64,000 nucleotides of DNA from Eledone cirrhosa. Lineage: Eukaryota. The position numbers were made by a program, and so were the translations under genes. The notes below the pieces were generated by a model. It worked only from the letters and a program-made list of their open reading frames with translations. It was not told the origin of the DNA and made no database searches. Shown one piece after another: positions 1-9,329 of the stretch (the stretch's first letter is position 1; every line of letters starts with the position of its first letter). Where the stretch lies: assembly GCA_964016885.1 (NCBI GenBank), contig OZ024742.1:146692001-146756000 (forward strand), given 5' to 3'.

Positions 1-205
1 GGTCACTGTGTCCTTTTAATGGGCTTTCTCCACAAATGTCCATCCGAGGTCTCACCCCTATTGGGGAATTTTTCATCGTTATTTTTTTGTTACATTCTCT
101 CTTTTTGTTTTTTTACACGCAGAAATACCCATTTGTACCGTCCTGTATTGTCCTGTACTGTCCTTAATGTCTACTTTATGTAAACCCTTGTGGTTAATAA
201 AGAAA

Positions 206-281
<76 letters not shown>
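1..281 (+). mobile_element. Probable 3' end of a LINE (T-rich 3' UTR, AATAAA, then (ATT)n tract)
   Basis: AATAAA at ~196 directly followed by (ATT)n 207-281; no ORF visible; the tract could equally be the tail of the adjacent minus-strand element. Confidence 0.3.
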
Positions 282-283
<2 letters not shown>

Positions 284-420
284 CTGAGAGGGTCGTGGGG
301 ACAGAGTCCTCAAACACTCCCTCCAGCAGGCCGTGTCAAAAGCAACTGTCTCCAACTGATTCAGCTGAATCCCTAAGCATGACCAGCCAAGCACATGGAT
401 GGTATCCAGACTTACCACAT
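281..420 (-). mobile_element. RTE-clade LINE 3' fragment
   Basis: Minus strand reads LDTIHVLGWSCLGIQLNQLETVAFDTACWRECLRTLSPRPSQE*, like RTE C-termini, followed by (TAA)n; related copy near 36880-36990. Confidence 0.55.
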
Positions 421-886
421 AAAAGAAATGTCTTAAAAAAATATATATGTACTGGCTAGCAGGATTAAAATATTATAGACTATTTTACGACAACCTCAAT
501 GATAAGTTTATGATGAATGTGAAAGCGGAGAGTTTATAATGAAGCAAAGCTGGAGAAAAAGCTTTTCAACCGTACTAACTCGAAGATAAGAATATTTCTA
601 AATATATTACTTCACATAGTGAAAGCGAGTTAAAAGATTAAGATACTACAAGTTATATATTTGGATAGCCTACATCATGAATGTGTCATAAAACTGAAGA
701 TATTGGCATTAAAGAGCTGAGCAGAAGATAACAGACATATATATATTAAAGTGTTAAACAATATTCAATGATTATGTCAAAGAATGAGTTTTACAGTAGA
801 TTGGAAGCACTCAACGAGTAAAATAATTTTCTGAAGTTATTAATATTAAAATATAAGTATTAATAAAATAGATGTTCTTTTGATCA

Positions 887-949
887 ATTACATTTTATTA
901 TACATATTTCGGATGTACAACAGTACGTCCTCATCAGACAAAATATAAT
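887..949 (-). ncRNA. Type I hammerhead ribozyme (family B) in a Penelope-like pseudo-LTR fragment (~750-980)
   Basis: Exact reverse complement of 5354-5416: CUGAUGA core, helix II GGACGUAC/GUACAUCC, GAAA, short helix III, 12-bp helix I. Confidence 0.8.
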
Positions 950-1080
950 GATACATGACATACCCTGAGATGTTAAATGGTTAAGATGTAATCAAGGTAG
1001 TGATTAACCCGAGAGAAAATTTTACTTATATCCTATTTATATTTTAATATATATATATGTACACGCACATATATATATAC

Positions 1081-1124
<44 letters not shown>

Positions 1125-1140
1125 ATTATACATATATATG

Positions 1141-1185
<45 letters not shown>

Positions 1186-1372
1186 TAATTTAATATATCA
1201 ACTAACATAGGCGCACAGATGCACGTCCATGCCAGCAAATACACAGGTTATGTCATAGTACCTAGGTGGTTCAATGCAGGAGGGTGCAGAACAATAATAT
1301 AAAAGACGTAAAATAAGAAAATATTTTTTAAAAAATTTTAAAAAAATTTTTTACTTACTTACTTAAATTTTC

Positions 1373-1454
1373 ACTCCAACTAATTAGTTTCTGCAATGGG
1401 ATAAAGACAGTTACATAATCCAACTGTCGAGAATTCATTGCGTCATCAGGGAGT
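1373..1454 (-). ncRNA. Type I hammerhead ribozyme (family A), inverted unit
   Basis: Reverse complement of 1983-2064. Confidence 0.8.
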
Positions 1455-1982
1455 CTATTCTCAGCTGAGCCTCCAGGCAATGCGCGGACACTAGCGGCTC
1501 ATATAAAAATAATAATTCGGTAGAAAGAACAGCTAGGCGAGGACTGGATTCTATGTACTGAAATTCTCACTGCTTCCAGTCAAATGTCCGATTCTAAAGA
1601 ATCAATCACGTGACATAGAGGCTAGTTAGAAGGAATGGGATGGTAAGATGACTGACGCCTACTAACACCCCAAAAAAAATTTTGAAGTGGTTTTGGCAGG
1701 TTTGCTCGACAAATCAGTGATTTGGAGATAAATATAGATAATTTAATATATCAACTAACATAGGCGCACAGATGCACATCCATGCCAGCAAATACATCCC
1801 ATTCCTTCTAACTAGCCTCTATGTCACGTGATTGATTCTTTAGAATCGGACATTTGACTGGAAGCAGTGAGAATTTCAGTACATAGAATCCAGTCCTCGC
1901 CTAGCTGTTCTTTCTACCGAATTATTATTTTTATATGAGCCGCTAGTGTCCGCGCATTGCCTGGAGGCTCAGCTGAGAATAG

Positions 1983-2064
1983 ACTCCCTGATGACGCAAT
2001 GAATTCTCGACAGTTGGATTATGTAACTGTCTTTATCCCATTGCAGAAACTAATTAGTTGGAGT
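1983..2064 (+). ncRNA. Type I hammerhead ribozyme (family A), copy 1
   Basis: ACTCC-CTGATGA-c-GCAATG...CATTGC-a-GAAA-CTAATTAG-TT-GGAGT: helix I ACUCC/GGAGU, helix II GCAAUG/CAUUGC, palindromic helix III ACUAAUUAGU, predicted GUU cleavage after 2059. Confidence 0.82.
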
Positions 2065-2535
2065 GAAAATTTAAGTAAGTAAGTAAAAAAATTTTTTAAA
2101 ATTTTTTAAAAAATATTTTCTTATTTTACGTCTTTTATATTATTGTTCTGCACCCTCCTGCATTGAACCACCTAGGTACTATGACATAACCTGTGTATTT
2201 GCTGGCATGGACGTGCATCTGTGCGCCTATGTTAGTTGATATATTAAATTATCTATATTTATCTCCAAATCACTGATTTGTCGAGCAAACCTGCCAAAAC
2301 CACTTCAAAATTTTTTTTGGGGTGTTAGTAGGCGTCAGTCATCTTACCATCCCATTCCTTCTAACTAGCCTCTATGTCACGTGATTGATTCTTTAGAATC
2401 GGACATTTGACTGGAAGCAGTGAGAATTTCAGTACATAGAATCCAGTCCTCGCCTAGCTGTTCTTTCTACCGAATTATTATTTTTATATGAGCCGCTAGT
2501 GTCCGCGCATTGCCTGGAGGCTCAGCTGAGAATAG

Positions 2536-2617
2536 ACTCCCTGATGACGCAATGAATTCTCGACAGTTGGATTATGTAACTGTCTTTATCCCATTGCAGA
2601 AACTAATTAGTTGGAGT
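2536..2617 (+). ncRNA. Type I hammerhead ribozyme (family A), copy 2
   Basis: Identical to 1983-2064. Confidence 0.82.
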
Positions 2618-3088
2618 GAAAATTTAAGTAAGTAAGTAAAAAAATTTTTTTAAATTTTTTAAAAAATATTTTCTTATTTTACGTCTTTTATATTATTGTT
2701 CTGCACCCTCCTGCATTGAACCACCTAGGTACTATGACATAACCTGTGTATTTGCTGGCATGGACGTGCATCTGTGCGCCTATGTTAGTTGATATATTAA
2801 ATTATCTATATTTATCTCCAAATCACTGATTTGTCGAGCAAACCTGCCAAAACCACTTCAAAATTTTTTTTGGGGTGTTAGTAGGCGTCAGTCATCTTAC
2901 CATCCCATTCCTTCTAACTAGCCTCTATGTCACGTGATTGATTCTTTAGAATCGGACATTTGACTGGAAGCAGTGAGAATTTCAGTACATAGAATCCAGT
3001 CCTCGCCTAGCTGTTCTTTCTACCGAATTATTATTTTTATATGAGCCGCTAGTGTCCGCGCATTGCCTGGAGGCTCAGCTGAGAATAG

Positions 3089-3170
3089 ACTCCCTGATGA
3101 CGCAATGAATTCTCGACAGTTGGATTATGTAACTGTCTTTATCCCATTGCAGAAACTAATTAGTTGGAGT
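3089..3170 (+). ncRNA. Type I hammerhead ribozyme (family A), copy 3
   Basis: Identical to 1983-2064. Confidence 0.82.
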
Positions 3171-3640
3171 GAAAATTTAAGTGAGTAAGTAAAAAAATTT
3201 TTTAAAATTTTTTAAAAAATATTTTCTTATTTTACGTCTTTTATATTATTGTTCTGCACCCTCCTGCATTGAACCACCTAGGTACTATGACATAACCTGT
3301 GTATTTGCTGGCATGGACGTGCATCTGTGCGCCTATGTTAGTTGATATATTAAATTATCTATATTTATCTCCAAATCACTGATTTGTCGAGCAAACCTGC
3401 CAAAACCACTTCAAAATTTTTTTGGGGTGTTAGTAGGCGTCAGTCATCTTACCATCCCATTCCTTCTAACTAGCCTCTATGTCACGTGATTGATTCTTTA
3501 GAATCGGACATTTGACTGGAAGCAGTGAGAATTTCAGTACATAGAATCCAGTCCTCGCCTAGCTGTTCTTTCTACCGAATTATTATTTTTATATGAGCCG
3601 CTAGTGTCCGCGCATTGCCTGGAGGCTCAGCTGAGAATAG

Positions 3641-3722
3641 ACTCCCTGATGACGCAATGAATTCTCGACAGTTGGATTATGTAACTGTCTTTATCCCATT
3701 GCAGAAACTAATTAGTTGGAGT
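3641..3722 (+). ncRNA. Type I hammerhead ribozyme (family A), copy 4
   Basis: Identical to 1983-2064. Confidence 0.82.
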
Positions 3723-3788
3723 GAAAATTTAAGTAAGTAAGTAAAAAATTTTTTTAAAATTTTTTTTAAAATATTTTCTTATTTTACG

Positions 3789-3794
<6 letters not shown>

Positions 3795-3878
<84 letters not shown>

Positions 3879-3916
3879 ATTAAGATTCTGTTTCAAGCAT
3901 AGCTTTATACATATAC

Positions 3917-3986
<70 letters not shown>

Positions 3987-3987
3987 G

Positions 3988-4081
<94 letters not shown>
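3795..4081. repeat. (TA)n/(GA)n microsatellite block
   Basis: Direct reading. Confidence 0.95.
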
Positions 4082-4084
<3 letters not shown>

Positions 4085-4209
4085 ATATACTTGGGGAGGG
4101 TCATATTGTTGTAATAATATTGCCAGAAATAATAACAGTATAACAATATTTGTTTCGACACGATTTCATATCAAAAACATACCAAAACAGATGTATATAT
4201 ATATAAATA

Positions 4210-4530
4210 TGGAGGCACATGGCTTAGTGGTTAGAGCATTGGCCTTGCAATCGAAAGGTTGTGAGTTCAATTCTCAGACCGGCTGATGTGTTGTTTCCTT
4301 GAGCAAGACACTTTATTTTACATTGCTCCAGTTTACTCAGCTGTAGAAATGAGATGATAGGGACTGCAAAGTGGTCGTGGAGGCGCCACAGCAAAAAAGC
4401 ATCTAGCACTCACTGTAAATGAGGTTGGTGTTAGGAAAGGCATCCAGCTGTAGAAATCAAGCCAGAATCAGTTCCTGTCTCACCCTTGCAAGCAGGGAAA
4501 AAGCGGACGTAAAATGAAATGAAAAATGAA
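4210..4530 (+). mobile_element. tRNA-derived SINE (family 1) with RTE-derived 3' tail
   Basis: A box TGGCTTAGTGG, B box GAGTTCAATTC, central TCCTTGAGCAAGACACTTTATTT core, tail matching the RTE 3' UTR at ~17065-17230. Confidence 0.85.
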
Positions 4531-4666
4531 ATATATATATATACATGTATATATATATATATTTGTTTTGCGATTTTTTTTATATGAAATCGTGTGTCGA
4601 AACAAATATTGATATAGTGTTATTATTTCTGGCAATATTATTACAACAATATATATATATATATTG

Positions 4667-4720
<54 letters not shown>

Positions 4721-4723
<3 letters not shown>

Positions 4724-5555
4724 TATTAATAAAATAGATGTTCTTTTGATCAACACATTTTATTATACATATTTCGGATGTACAACAATACGTCCGCATC
4801 AGACAAAATATAATGATACATGACATACCCTGAGATGTTAAATGTATATTTAAAAATATTTAAAAATATATAAGATACAATATATAACTAGATATATATT
4901 AGGTATTATTAATGTAGTATCGTTTAGGTAAATGATAAGTTATACTCTTAACAACGTGTAACATTTAAATATATATATACATACATATAAGAAAAACGAA
5001 CAATGAGTGCATGTATAAAATTCAAAATAATGTCTATAATATTGTATTTTATATATTTTTAAATATTCCTACCATACTTCTATATACATGTTTCAAATAT
5101 AGAGAAAATATCCAAACTAAAAACTATTATAGACATTATTTTGAATTTTATACATGCACTCATTGTTCGTTTTTCTTATATGTATGTATATATATATTTA
5201 AATGTAACACGTTGTTAAGAGTATAACTGTTATCATTTACCTAAACTATACTACATTAATAATACCTAATATATATCTAGTTATATATTGTATCTTATAT
5301 ATTTTTAAATATTTTTAAATATACATTTAACATCTCAGGGTATGTCATGTATCATTATATTTTGTCTGATGAGGACGTACTGTTGTACATCCGAAATATG
5401 TATAATAAAATGTAATTGATCAAAAGAACATCTATTTTATTAATACTTATATTTTAATATTAATAACTTCAGAAAATTATTTTACTCGTTGAGTGCTTCC
5501 AATCTACTGTAAAACTCATTCTTTGACATAATCATCGAATATTGTTTAACAACTT
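4721..5555. repeat. Long inverted repeat of Penelope-like pLTR sequence (arms ~4721-5041 and ~5124-5447); right arm also inverts ~750-980
   Basis: Arms are near-perfect reverse complements; each carries the family B hammerhead (left copy has CTGATGC core mutation). Confidence 0.85.
5354..5416 (+). ncRNA. Type I hammerhead ribozyme (family B)
   Basis: ATTATATTTTGT-CTGATGA-GGACGTAC-tgtt-GTACATCC-GAAA-TATGTAT-A-ATAAAATGTAAT; helix I 12 bp with two G-U pairs; AUA cleavage triplet. Confidence 0.82.
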
Positions 5556-5576
5556 AATACTTATATATATATATTG

Positions 5577-5651
<75 letters not shown>

Positions 5652-5776
5652 TTAGTTAAGCAAAGCAAGACCACAAATTTCACAGGGAAGACATTATTAA
5701 AATATTGTCAACATATTTTAGTTTGATGTAAGGAATGTAGAGAATAATAATAATAATATTAATAATAATAATGTCC

Positions 5777-5896
5777 GTTTACAATTGTTTCGCTACTCCA
5801 TATAATATTTCTGGATCAGATGACTATATATCATAATTGATCTGGTTCAGTTGAAAATAATTAACATGTTTAAAAGACAGAGTGGCTCATCGGAAC
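5777..5896 (-). ncRNA. Degenerate type I hammerhead (family C) with long helix II
   Basis: Minus: GTT-CCGATGA-GCCACTC...GAGTAGC-GAAA-CAATTG-TA-AAC; palindromic helix III; core has U4C. Confidence 0.5.
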
Positions 5897-6065
5897 TTCA
5901 AAGGAATATAAATTAAAATAATGAGATAATGTTACATAATATAATGTTCCATATATTGGTTTTTACTATGGTGTCTTGGTTGTATCACTTCTATAGAGCC
6001 CTCTGGGAATTTGAAGGAGTTTGCATCCCAAAAGCTCTTGCTTCTTTTATATATATATATATATA

Positions 6066-6860
6066 TCATCATCATCATCATCATCATTTTACGTCAGCTT
6101 TTCCCTGCTTGCAAGGATGAGACGGGTCCTATTCAACACAGCATCTCACCATTCATCGCGGTCCTTTGTCATCTTCTCCGTGAGCTTCAGCAATCTGAGG
6201 TCAGCTCTCACCACCTCCGCCTATGTTTTTCGTCGTCTTCCTCTACTGAGTCTTCCTTCTACTGGGATTTCTTGGCACTTCTTTATCCAGTGGTCATCCT
6301 CCATGCACATCATATGTCCATACCAATGCAGTCTTCTCCCCTGCACACTACAGCCTATTCTTCTTATACACAGTTTCTCTCTAAACTTGTCTATGCTTGG
6401 TCATTCACGCACATTGACATTGCAGATCCAACGGAGCATGCTTGCTTCATTTCTCTCCAGCCGTCGCATATCCTCCACAGTTACTGCCCATGTCTCACTA
6501 CTATGCAGTATTGCGCATCTCACACAGGCATCATATAACCGGCCTTTCATTTGTAGGGATAAACCCTTCTTTGTCTACAGAGGAAGCAGCTCCCTAAACT
6601 TCTTCCAACCCGTCCTTTTTCTAAATACTATGGCCTCGGAGCACCCTCCTCCCTTGCTAATCTGATCACCTAGGTATCGGAAGCTATCAACCACCTCTAT
6701 AAATCCTACCTGCATTTGTAACATGTGTCTATCACTGCGACCTCTACTGTCAAATTTCCCTGTACATCTACTGCATATGTAGTTTTCCCTACCTGTTAGT
6801 TTGCCTGCTATCCCACTACATCTCTTGTGTACCCAAGATCTGCATTGTGTACATTTTACA
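6066..6860 (-). mobile_element. RTE LINE, 5'-truncated decayed copy
   Basis: CTQCRSWVHKRCSGI...FRYLGDQI...GWKKFRELLPL; (CAT)n tail; closely related to 26337-28376. Confidence 0.9.
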
Positions 6861-6878
6861 TATATATATATATATACA

Positions 6879-7380
6879 CTAGCTGAATTAACTGCATCTT
6901 GCTGCGTTTCACACATTTTTTTTTGTAAGAAAATAATGATTGATTTTAAATAAGTGATATAATTTATGGAGAAAGACTCTGCATTTCAATATTACTCAGT
7001 GTAAAATGTAATGCATGAAAAATTGGAAAACATTATTTTTGTAATATATCAAATCAAAATTACATTATTAAATCTTATTCTTATTTTGTTTCTTGTAAAT
7101 AATTTTTTTCAAAATATCAATTCAAAACTTTTGTGAATAGTCATCATATCTTGTCATTTACCTATGGTTTAAATTTCATGTAAATTGAAGGGAAAACATT
7201 TTCAGCGGGGGTTTGTGCCCCCCGGGGAACCCTTTGATTAAAATGAAATATACTTATCCAAGTACCCTGGGCAATGTAGTTTCAGAATATATATGGCTAT
7301 AGGGGTCTATCTCCAAAACCATAGGAGTAGTTCGTGAACAAACAAACAAACAGACAGGAATACAACTTTATATATATAGA
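6879..7380 (-). mobile_element. Non-autonomous Helitron-like element
   Basis: Minus strand starts TCTATATATATAAAG, then (GTTT/CTGT)n, and ends in CTAG with an upstream GC-rich weak hairpin. Confidence 0.55.
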
Positions 7381-7390
7381 TATATATAGA

Positions 7391-7789
7391 TATATTTGAA
7401 AAAAAGAAAAGAATGACTTCACTCGTAGTTCTAAACAGTTTGATTTAATTTTATAATATTATAATATTATGAGTTGGTAGATCTGGTACGTTCTTTGTTA
7501 ACTTCAGTGGGAAGAGTTTTAAAGATTCCTGGTTACCTTTTCTGGAGAGCTTTCTCGCATTCGTCGGTGGCGATGTCAAACTGATTGTCAAACAATCTCA
7601 GTTTGACAATCGCCACCAATGAATGCGAGAAAGTTCTCCAGGAAAGTTAACCAGGAATCTTTAAAACTCTTCCCACTGAAGTTAACAAAGAACGTACCAG
7701 ATCTACCAACTCATAATATTATAATATAAAATTAAGTCAAATTGTTTAGAACTACGAGTGAAGTCATTATTTTCTTTTTTTCAAATATA
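7391..7789. repeat. ~400-bp fold-back palindrome (arms ~190 bp)
   Basis: GAATGACTTCACTCGTAGTTCTAAAC... versus ...GTTTAGAACTACGAGTGAAGTCATT; centre near 7590. Confidence 0.9.
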
Positions 7790-7837
7790 CCTAACTGTAC
7801 CAAGGATTTCACACATTTTCCAATATATATATATATA

Positions 7838-7869
<32 letters not shown>

Positions 7870-8024
7870 AATAATTATACACGGGTGTGTATGATTGTGT
7901 ATAGAAGATTATATTAATAAAAGGAATTCCAACTTTGTCTGATTTACTCGTTTTATTTACAATCCTTTAAAATTATAATGATATTATAATGAAATAGTAT
8001 GGTAGAATATTAAATGTTAAGTAT

Positions 8025-8063
8025 TGAGCAAGTACTTTCATGCTTTCGCAATCTTCAGGTTCA
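8025..8063 (-). ncRNA. Minimal type I hammerhead (family D)
   Basis: Minus: TGAAC-CTGAAGA-t-TGC-GAAA-GCA-t-GAAA-GTAC-TT-GCTCA; GNRA-capped helix II, palindromic helix III AGUACU. Confidence 0.7.
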
Positions 8064-8316
8064 TATTCTGTGGTGACAGTCAAGTTTGCAATTTTCAACA
8101 GATGAAAATTGCAAACTTGACTTTGTATACTTAATGAGCTCCAAATTGTTGAGCTAATAAATTCGAATGGTTGGGCTGCCCTTTCTAGCATTTTCCCCAA
8201 TCCATGAGAGCCGTTATTTGATGCAAATAACACGTGATTTCGCCCTACTCTGGGCAGCGTGTGTATTAGCTATCTCTCTATCTATGAGGTTAGATGTGTG
8301 GTGATCAGTGTTCGCA

Positions 8317-8393
8317 TTTGCTGACTGAGGATCCTGTGACCTGGTATACTTCACATATAAGTGGTGAAACGAAGCGATATTCGTATCAGCAAA
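8317..8393 (+). ncRNA. Type I hammerhead (family E) with stable helix III
   Basis: TTTGCTGA-CTGAGGA-TCC...GGT-GAAA-CGAA-gcgata-TTCG-TA-TCAGCAAA; perfect 8-bp helix I, 5-bp helix III, GUA cleavage after 8385. Confidence 0.8.
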
Positions 8394-8620
8394 CCTATAG
8401 TTATAAGGTTGGTAATTTAAAACTCTAATCCAGAGATCTGATTCTGACTTAGTTTTTTTCTATTTAATTGCTAAACCTGTAGATATTGTTCTCTACACAG
8501 TAACGGTAAACTCACTTGTAATAATTCTTTACACACATCTCACTGTGTAACACACTTCTCTTTGTGTAATATATTTATATTTCTCTTTGTGTAATATTAT
8601 ATAATTGTGTAATATTATAT

Positions 8621-8803
8621 AATTGTTTCTACTATTGGCACAAGGCCAGCAATTACCCAGTACATTACTGGTACTTTATTTTATCGACCCCGTAAGGATG
8701 AAAGGCAAAGTTAACCTCGGCGGGATTTGAACTCAGAATGGCAAGGGCCGTAACTCAAAGCATTGGCGTCCGTCCCTCTACCGATACTGCCACTCCACCA
8801 CCT
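8621..8803 (-). mobile_element. tRNA-derived SINE (family 2, Nin-domain-like GCCTTTCATCC...GGGGTCGATAAA core)
   Basis: B box GAGTTCAAATCC; other full or partial copies at ~14041, 17893, 22423, 22822, 33190, 33350, 38408, 44835, 45267, 45553, 49290. Confidence 0.85.
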
Positions 8804-9329
8804 TATATAATATACATTATATAATGTTATATAATGTTATATATATATATATAATATATATTATTATTATGTCAGGTTACTCCTAAGTGCTACAGATACA
8901 TGTAGCCCAGTACAACTTGTTGCATGATTGGGTTGTTAGCGACTAACCAGCAACCCCACCAAGCTTGCTTGGAGAGGAGGGTGCTCTTGGATAGCTTGCA
9001 GGATGAAAAAAAAACCATCAAAGGGAAGAGTATCTCCTAAGAGTCAACAGCCACCCAAGAGTATATATATATATGTATATAATTGTGTGTGACTTTGAGA
9101 GTGTGTGTGTATGTGATTTTATTTTAACTTATTTATTGTTTTTTTTTTATATTTTAACTTTTAAATCTTAACTTTTTTTAAATTCTGCCTTTTTGTGTGG
9201 CTTGGCCAGGGGAAAAGGCACGGGCAGGTCCTTGTGCCTTAAAATCAGTGCTTGATCAGGCCAACTATCGATTGATCTGCATCCTATCCTGCAAATTCAT
9301 ATGGACTTTCTTTACTCTTCTTGTGTAGT

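Larger units (their letters stand above)
1184..3797. repeat. 553-bp tandem array of hammerhead-containing units (about 1.1 units minus, 1184-1796; about 3.6 units plus, 1795-3797), retrozyme/Penelope pLTR-like, inserted in (TA)n
   Basis: CTGATGA cores start at 1988, 2541, 3094, 3646 (spacing 553, 553, 552); near-identical units; inverted copy at the left end; no ORF. Confidence 0.92.

Noticed and set aside
167-459. Poly-Leu/Ile ORFs and the many IYIY, HTHT, RERE, poly-His and poly-Asn ORFs across the window
   Set aside because: They are translations of microsatellites, not genes
1795-3797. CRISPR array or rDNA/snRNA tandem interpretation
   Set aside because: Units are identical over their full length with no unique spacers, and show no rRNA, 5S or snRNA motifs that I recognise
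4210-4285. tRNA gene
   Set aside because: A and B boxes are present, but the cloverleaf is imperfect and it continues into a repeated SINE body
7535-7575. Hammerhead-like CCGACGA...GAAA on minus strand
   Set aside because: Core deviates and helices I and II do not pair
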